NCBI GenBank assembly: GCA_963768655.1
Contig: CAVYIM010000004.1
Span: forward strand, 640,001 to 704,000
Reading direction: 5' to 3'
DNA: 64,000 bases
DNA from: an uncultured Chloroflexia bacterium
GTDB taxonomy: Bacteria; Chloroflexota; Limnocylindria; Limnocylindrales; CSP1-4
Of this stretch, positions 58,994 through 64,000 are shown piece by piece; the first letter of the stretch is position 1; every line of letters starts with the position of its first letter. The notes under the pieces were generated by a model, which had not been told where the DNA came from, made no database searches, and was given only the letters and a program-made list of their open reading frames with translations. A program made the translations under genes and the position numbers.

Positions 58994-60697
58994 ATGGTCG
59001 CAGCACATTCGGATTCGGGCGCGCCCGGGTCGTCGCGCCACGCCAGCCCGAGGCCGATGGCCCCCGCGCTTCGAGGCGCGCGGCTCGCCCTGGTGCTGGC
59101 CTGGCTTCCAGTTCTGGTCCTGGGGTTGCTGGCGACCGTCGATGCCTTCGGACTTGCCAGCGACTTCGCCGTCGCGGCCTGGACCTCGGGGCTATGGATG
59201 ATCGGCCTCACTCTCGTCGCCGGAATCCGTGACCTGCGGGCGGCCGAGGCCCGAACGGGCGCCGCGCTCGAGCGAGCCGTCGCGGCGGAGACCGCGCAGC
59301 GGGCCCGCGCCGACGAGCTGGCCGAGATCCTGCGAGCCAGCGAAGGGCTGGTGCTGACCGGCGAGGGCAAGCTCGACTTCATGGGCATCCTGGCAGCCAT
59401 CACGCCGGCGGGGTGCACGTCCTACCTGGCCCAGGTAGAAGGCGGGGTCGAGTCACTGGTTGTGGCCGCGCATGGACCGCTCGCTCCGTGGGTCATCGGC
59501 CTGCGAAAGCCGCTGGACGCCGGCAGCGACGACACCGACCGACGGACCAGCCCTCTGACCTCGTACAGCGCCGGCGGTCACGTTGTCGGTGTTGCGGCCG
59601 GCCTGATCGACCTGCCGGGGATGGAGACCGAGATCGAAGCCGCCCTCAGCGTCCGCCTGATCGACCACAGCGGCCGCTCGCTCGGGTGGCTGAACCTTCT
59701 CGACCCGATTGACGAGCGGATCCTCGATTCGACTTTCGTGAACCTCGCCCAGCTGGTGGCGAGCCAGATCGGCGTCGCCATGGAGAACCAGGCGCTCCTG
59801 GCCCGGGCCCAGCGCCAGGTAATCGAGGTCCAGCGGGTCCAGCAGCAGCTGGTCCGAGCCAGCAAGCTCGGAGCCATGGGTGAGCTGGCGGCTGCCGTGG
59901 CGCACGAGGTGAACAACCCGCTCACCGGCATCCTGGGCTTCTCCGAGTTGCTGCTGGCCGAGCTGCCGGCCGACGATCCCCGTCATCAGGAGGCATCGAC
60001 GATCCAGGCCGAGGCGGTCCGTGCCCGGGCCATCATTCGATCACTGCTGGAGTTCGCCAGGCCGCGTCCGCCGCAACGGATCCCGAGCGACATCAACGGC
60101 CTGATCCGGTCAACCCTGGATCTCATCCGCTTTGGCACCCAGGAGGCCGGCATCCGGATCGCGGAGGAGTACGGCGAGCTGCCGTGCCTTGAGATCGACC
60201 CGGACGCCCTCAAGCAGGTTCTGGTGAACCTGTTCAGCAACGCAATCCAGGCAATGCCCAGCGGCGGCGAGCTTCGCGTCTCGACGCTCACCGCGGACGA
60301 CCGGATCGGAATCGTCGTCGCGGATAGCGGGATCGGCATGGATCCTCAGACCAGGACCCACATCTTCACTCCGTTCTTCTCGACGCGGGCCGCAGCCGGC
60401 GGCGGCACCGGCCTCGGCCTGTCGGTTAGCCTGCAGATCATCGAGGGCCACGGCGGATCGATCGAAGTCGAGAGCGAACCCACCAAGGGTTCCGTCTTCA
60501 CCGTGTGGCTGCCGCTCTCGTGGTCCGCGTTCGATGGCGCCGTCATCGTGCCGGGCATGGAGCGGCTGGGCTCGGACCGCCCCGTCTCAGACCACGCGGG
60601 CACTCCGACCGGCGAGAATGCGCGCGACACCAGTCCAGTCTCCTGTGGCGACGCAGCCGGTGTCGGATCCGGCAGGCGAGCGGTGGTGGCGGCATGA
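58994..60697 (+). CDS. Membrane sensor histidine kinase (GAF-like + HisKA + HATPase)
   Basis: 2 TM helices, AHEVNNPL, QVLVNLFSNA, DSGIG, PFFST, GTGLGL. Confidence 0.92.
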   Translation: MVAAHSDSGAPGSSRHASPRPMAPALRGARLALVLAWLPVLVLGLLATVDAFGLASDFAVAAWTSGLWMIGLTLVAGIRDLRAAEARTGAALERAVAAETAQRARADELAEILRASEGLVLTGEGKLDFMGILAAITPAGCTSYLAQVEGGVESLVVAAHGPLAPWVIGLRKPLDAGSDDTDRRTSPLTSYSAGGHVVGVAAGLIDLPGMETEIEAALSVRLIDHSGRSLGWLNLLDPIDERILDSTFVNLAQLVASQIGVAMENQALLARAQRQVIEVQRVQQQLVRASKLGAMGELAAAVAHEVNNPLTGILGFSELLLAELPADDPRHQEASTIQAEAVRARAIIRSLLEFARPRPPQRIPSDINGLIRSTLDLIRFGTQEAGIRIAEEYGELPCLEIDPDALKQVLVNLFSNAIQAMPSGGELRVSTLTADDRIGIVVADSGIGMDPQTRTHIFTPFFSTRAAAGGGTGLGLSVSLQIIEGHGGSIEVESEPTKGSVFTVWLPLSWSAFDGAVIVPGMERLGSDRPVSDHAGTPTGENARDTSPVSCGDAAGVGSGRRAVVAA

Positions 60698-61962
60698 CCT
60701 GGGATCTGCGACCGCCCCACACGGGCAACCCACGCCCTCGCGTCCTGTGTGTCGACGACGAACCGGTCATATTGCAGATCCTGCGCCGGCTGCTCGAGGT
60801 GCAGGGCTTCGAGCCGGTCACGTGCGGCGATCCGGTGGCCGCCATCGCGCTGTTCGACGACAGCTCGTTCGACGTCGTCATCACGGACATTCACATGCCC
60901 GGTATGGATGGCCTGGCCCTGATGAAGGCTTTGCGGGAACGCCAGCCCGAACTGCCGGTCATGGTCGTGACCGGCCACGGAACGGTGGACACGGCGATCC
61001 AGGCGCTCCGCGAAGGGGCCAGCGGAATGCTGGTCAAACCTTTCACCGGCGAGGAACTGCTCGGCGAAGTGCGGCGTGCCCTCTCGGCCTCGCAGATGCG
61101 CTACGAGGCATTGCAGTACCGCTACCTCAGTCCGGTCCTGGACTCGATCGCGCTGACCCTGTCGACCGCGATCGAAGCCCGAAACCTGGAGACGGGCGAG
61201 CATTGCCGGCAGCTGGGCGTGCTTTCCGAGCGAATGGCAGCGGTTCTGGGCCGGGACGAGCGGCAACGTATGACCATCCGCATCGGCGGGTATCTCCACG
61301 ACATCGGCAAGATCGGCATCGCCGATGCGATCCTGCTCAAACCGGGCCGCCTCACCGACGAGGAAATGGCCGAGATGCGGCGCCACTCCGAGATCGGGGC
61401 GGCGATACTCGAGGTCCACGAAGCGATGGCCGACATTGCCCAGATCGTGCGCCATCACCACGAGCGCTGGGACGGCATGGGCTACCCGGACGGGCTCGCC
61501 GGGACCGCCATCCCGCTGGGCGGCCGGATCATCGCCGTCGCCGACGCCTTCAGCGCCATGACAAGCGATCGCATCTATCGACCGAAGATGTCGATGGATC
61601 GGGCCTGGGCCGAGCTGCGAGCCCACTGCGGCACACAGTTCGATCCCGAGATCGTCGCCGCCTTCGGGCAGGTCGTCGACGAGGCGGGTCGCATCAGGAC
61701 CCTCGACGACTCGATCGAGCAGAGCCTTCAGCCGGACGTTCACGTGCCGATGTCGACGTCGAGTGACTGGCAGTCCAGGCTGGCGATGCTGCCCGTCCTC
61801 GAGCCCGTGGTCGTGACCGTCAAGGCGCGTGTCGAGGCCCTGACCGAGGCCTGCCCGGTGGCGCCGGTCGGCGAGGAGTGCGCGGTCATCGCCTCCGGCG
61901 AAGGCTGCGAGATGATCGCTCCCGTCGAGGGGGCGCAGTCGGGTCAACCGCAGGTCGCCTGA
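60694..61962 (+). CDS. Response regulator with HD-GYP phosphodiesterase domain
   Basis: VDDE, TDIHMP, KPF; LHDIGK, HHERWDGMGYP, VADAFSAM. Confidence 0.93.
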   Translation: MTWDLRPPHTGNPRPRVLCVDDEPVILQILRRLLEVQGFEPVTCGDPVAAIALFDDSSFDVVITDIHMPGMDGLALMKALRERQPELPVMVVTGHGTVDTAIQALREGASGMLVKPFTGEELLGEVRRALSASQMRYEALQYRYLSPVLDSIALTLSTAIEARNLETGEHCRQLGVLSERMAAVLGRDERQRMTIRIGGYLHDIGKIGIADAILLKPGRLTDEEMAEMRRHSEIGAAILEVHEAMADIAQIVRHHHERWDGMGYPDGLAGTAIPLGGRIIAVADAFSAMTSDRIYRPKMSMDRAWAELRAHCGTQFDPEIVAAFGQVVDEAGRIRTLDDSIEQSLQPDVHVPMSTSSDWQSRLAMLPVLEPVVVTVKARVEALTEACPVAPVGEECAVIASGEGCEMIAPVEGAQSGQPQVA

Positions 61963-61998
61963 CCCGAACCAGGACCGGGTACAGCTGCGCCCGGCGCG

Positions 61999-62535
61999 CT
62001 ACCGCCGGTTCCGGCTGACGATCCAGATCCCGAGCAGCACCAGCAGCGCCGGTCCGAGCAGACGGCCGGCGTCGATGTTCGTGTAGCTCGTGGCGACGTC
62101 GCTCCCGCCCCACAGGCACAGCAGAGCGCCGAGGACGACCGGCCAGCCCCAGCTCCGGCCAGCGTGGGCCCTGATCGGCACGATGGCCAGGACGCCGACC
62201 CCGAGGAATAGCGCCCCCCAGCCGTCGCCGTGGATGACTCCGGCGGTAGACAGAAGATCCGAGAGCGCGAGCGCAGTCACCAGGATGCCGACATAGAGCG
62301 CTGCGTCGTTGTGATCGCGCAGCCAGACGAGCAGCAGGACGATGCCGAGTGCCAGGAACAGCGCGGAGGCCCCGATTTCGGCGCCCTTGAACAGCTGGCC
62401 GGCGGCGAGCAGCACCCCAAAGACGATCAGGAAGACGCCGAAGAGCGGGATTCGGCTCCGCCGGCCCGGCGTGTCGGTTTCGAAGCCCCAGCTATTGATG
62501 CGAACCGCCTTGGGCGGCTGATACCTGTCGCTCAT
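61999..62535 (-). CDS. Hypothetical multi-pass membrane protein
   Basis: About 6 short TM helices; reminiscent of LiaF/DUF5668-type membrane proteins. Confidence 0.7.
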   Translation of the reverse strand: MSDRYQPPKAVRINSWGFETDTPGRRSRIPLFGVFLIVFGVLLAAGQLFKGAEIGASALFLALGIVLLLVWLRDHNDAALYVGILVTALALSDLLSTAGVIHGDGWGALFLGVGVLAIVPIRAHAGRSWGWPVVLGALLCLWGGSDVATSYTNIDAGRLLGPALLVLLGIWIVSRNRR

Positions 62536-62610
62536 GACGCGAGAGTAGCAGCCGGAGCAACCTCCTGCGGGCCGCCGGCGAAGGGCCCGCGCCCGCAGGC
62601 CCGCGCCGGC

Positions 62611-63051
62611 CTACTCCAGGGCGGCGTCCAGGCTGACGGCGACGTTCCCGACCAGGGCCCGAGAGATCGGGCAGCCGTCCTTGGCCCCTTCGGCGATCGG
62701 GCGGAACCGATCGTTGTTCATGCCGGTGACTCGACCGCGCACGGTCAGCTTGCTAGACACGACGGTCCACTTGCCGTCGACGCGGTCGAAGGCGACCTCC
62801 GCCGTTACCTCCAGGCGGTCCGCCGGCGAACCGGCCTTCGCCAGATCGCTCGACAAGGCCATCGAATAGCAGCTCGCGTGGGCGGCGGCCATGAGCTCCT
62901 CGGGGCTCGTATGTCCGTCGGCGCGCTCGGTCCGCGAGGCCCACGTGACCGGCAGCGAGGTAAAGGCCTGGCTGGTGATGGCGCTGACGTGGCCGTAGCC
63001 CGTTGCGAGATCGCCGTCCCATTTCACAGTCGCGCGACGAATAGCCGCCAT
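62611..63051 (-). CDS. osmC: OsmC family peroxiredoxin
   Basis: WDGDL..G.G, SPEELMAAAHASCYSMA, AKDGCPISRAL; GAGGAG RBS. Confidence 0.92.
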   Translation of the reverse strand: MAAIRRATVKWDGDLATGYGHVSAITSQAFTSLPVTWASRTERADGHTSPEELMAAAHASCYSMALSSDLAKAGSPADRLEVTAEVAFDRVDGKWTVVSSKLTVRGRVTGMNNDRFRPIAEGAKDGCPISRALVGNVAVSLDAALE

Positions 63052-63147
63052 GGCGGACTCCTCATGTTGTCTGGACGAACGAATACTCTCACGCGCCGAA
63101 CCGGCAGGGCGCATACCACCCGATCGGACCGGGCGGCGGGACGGCAG

Positions 63148-64000
63148 CTACGAAACGGCAGCTCGGCGGGATACGGCTCTGGCGGCGGTCGCGGAGCGAG
63201 TCGTTCCGGATCGGCGGACGGGAACCTCGGCCGAGACTGCCCTGAACAACGCCCGCTGGGCGGTGCCCGGTGGCGGCACCAGCGAGTCCGCGTTGCCGAA
63301 CTGGAGGTAGGCGCGCAGAGCATCGGCGAAGGCGGCTACGAAGCCGGGCTCGGCGAGTGGATCGAACCCCGCCTCCCAGCCCAGGCTCAGGATCCGCACG
63401 GCCTTGTCCGCCCTGTCGATGCGCGGCTCGATCCGCCCAACGAGCCGATCGCCAAAGAGAATCGGCAGGACGTAGTAGCCCCAGCGGCGCTTCGCCGCCG
63501 GCGTGTAGACCTCCCAGCGGTACTCGAAGCCGTAGAGTGGCTCGAGAGCATCGCGGTCCCACATGATCGGGTCGAGCGGGGCCAGGAAACTGGCGCCGGC
63601 GGGGCCGTCTCCGGGGCGGGAGATGGCCCCCGTCGCCTCGGCCGCGATCTCCCGTTCCGCTTGCGCGATCAGCGGCATCTCGTCCGCCACCGCGAAGCGC
63701 TGGCCTTTGAGGCCCTCCACCGTGACGGGCGCGATCTCGCCGCGATCCACGAGCTCGGCTCGGAGCTCCGTCCGTAACGCGGCCGGTCCGATGCCGAGCC
63801 ACAGCTCGCCGCCGGACGTGCCGAGCAGGCCATGGGCGCGGAAGCGGGACAGGAGCTTGTGACGCCTCTGCTCGCGTTCCGGGACGCGTATGGCCAGGAG
63901 GTCGGAGGGGAAGAGACGTTCGACCAGGTCGTAGTAGCGGCGGTTGCCGTCGCGTCGCGCCAGCCCCAGGCGGCCGGAGACGGACAGCGCCTCGAGTACC
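63148..64000 (-). CDS. HTH_42 DNA glycosylase, YcaQ-like (5' part beyond the window)
   Basis: RRDGNRRYYDL, LAPLDPIMWDR, EYRWEVYTPAAKRRWGYYVLPIL. Confidence 0.88.
   Translation of the reverse strand, partial: VLEALSVSGRLGLARRDGNRRYYDLVERLFPSDLLAIRVPEREQRRHKLLSRFRAHGLLGTSGGELWLGIGPAALRTELRAELVDRGEIAPVTVEGLKGQRFAVADEMPLIAQAEREIAAEATGAISRPGDGPAGASFLAPLDPIMWDRDALEPLYGFEYRWEVYTPAAKRRWGYYVLPILFGDRLVGRIEPRIDRADKAVRILSLGWEAGFDPLAEPGFVAAFADALRAYLQFGNADSLVPPPGTAQRALFRAVSAEVPVRRSGTTRSATAARAVSRRAAVS

Overview
High-GC bacterial chromosomal window with dense, mostly intact genes; the gene repertoire tentatively suggests a Chloroflexota such as Ca. Limnocylindria (inference, no marker gene present). No rRNA, tRNA, CRISPR array, transposase or phage genes were seen. 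Most of the window (~7-54 kb) is a low-oxygen energy-metabolism region. It holds etfBA plus an acyl-CoA dehydrogenase, amino-acid/CoA-transferase catabolic genes, a USP and a DosS/DosR-like two-component system. It also holds a split pyruvate:ferredoxin oxidoreductase (PFOR) with an in-frame N-terminal receiver domain and an intervening CBS gene, a second 4-subunit 2-oxoacid:ferredoxin oxidoreductase, and hypA-F-C-D-E without hypB or hydrogenase. A ~13.6-kb sulfur-relay island follows, in which two inward-facing ArsR-DsrE-TusA cassettes enclose a TauE exporter, two rhodaneses, two methyltransferases and an MvhD-HdrL-HdrA-QmoC-like complex with no HdrB or AprAB. Non-coding signals include DosR-like GGGMC-N4-GKCCC boxes before several of these operons and an orphan terminator implying an unannotated transcript. 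There is also a 28-bp repeat family that forms two ~186-bp inverted doublets and sits at the 3' end of an XRE-HTH/PD-(D/E)XK nuclease gene. Many ORF-track starts were trimmed to more plausible start codons.
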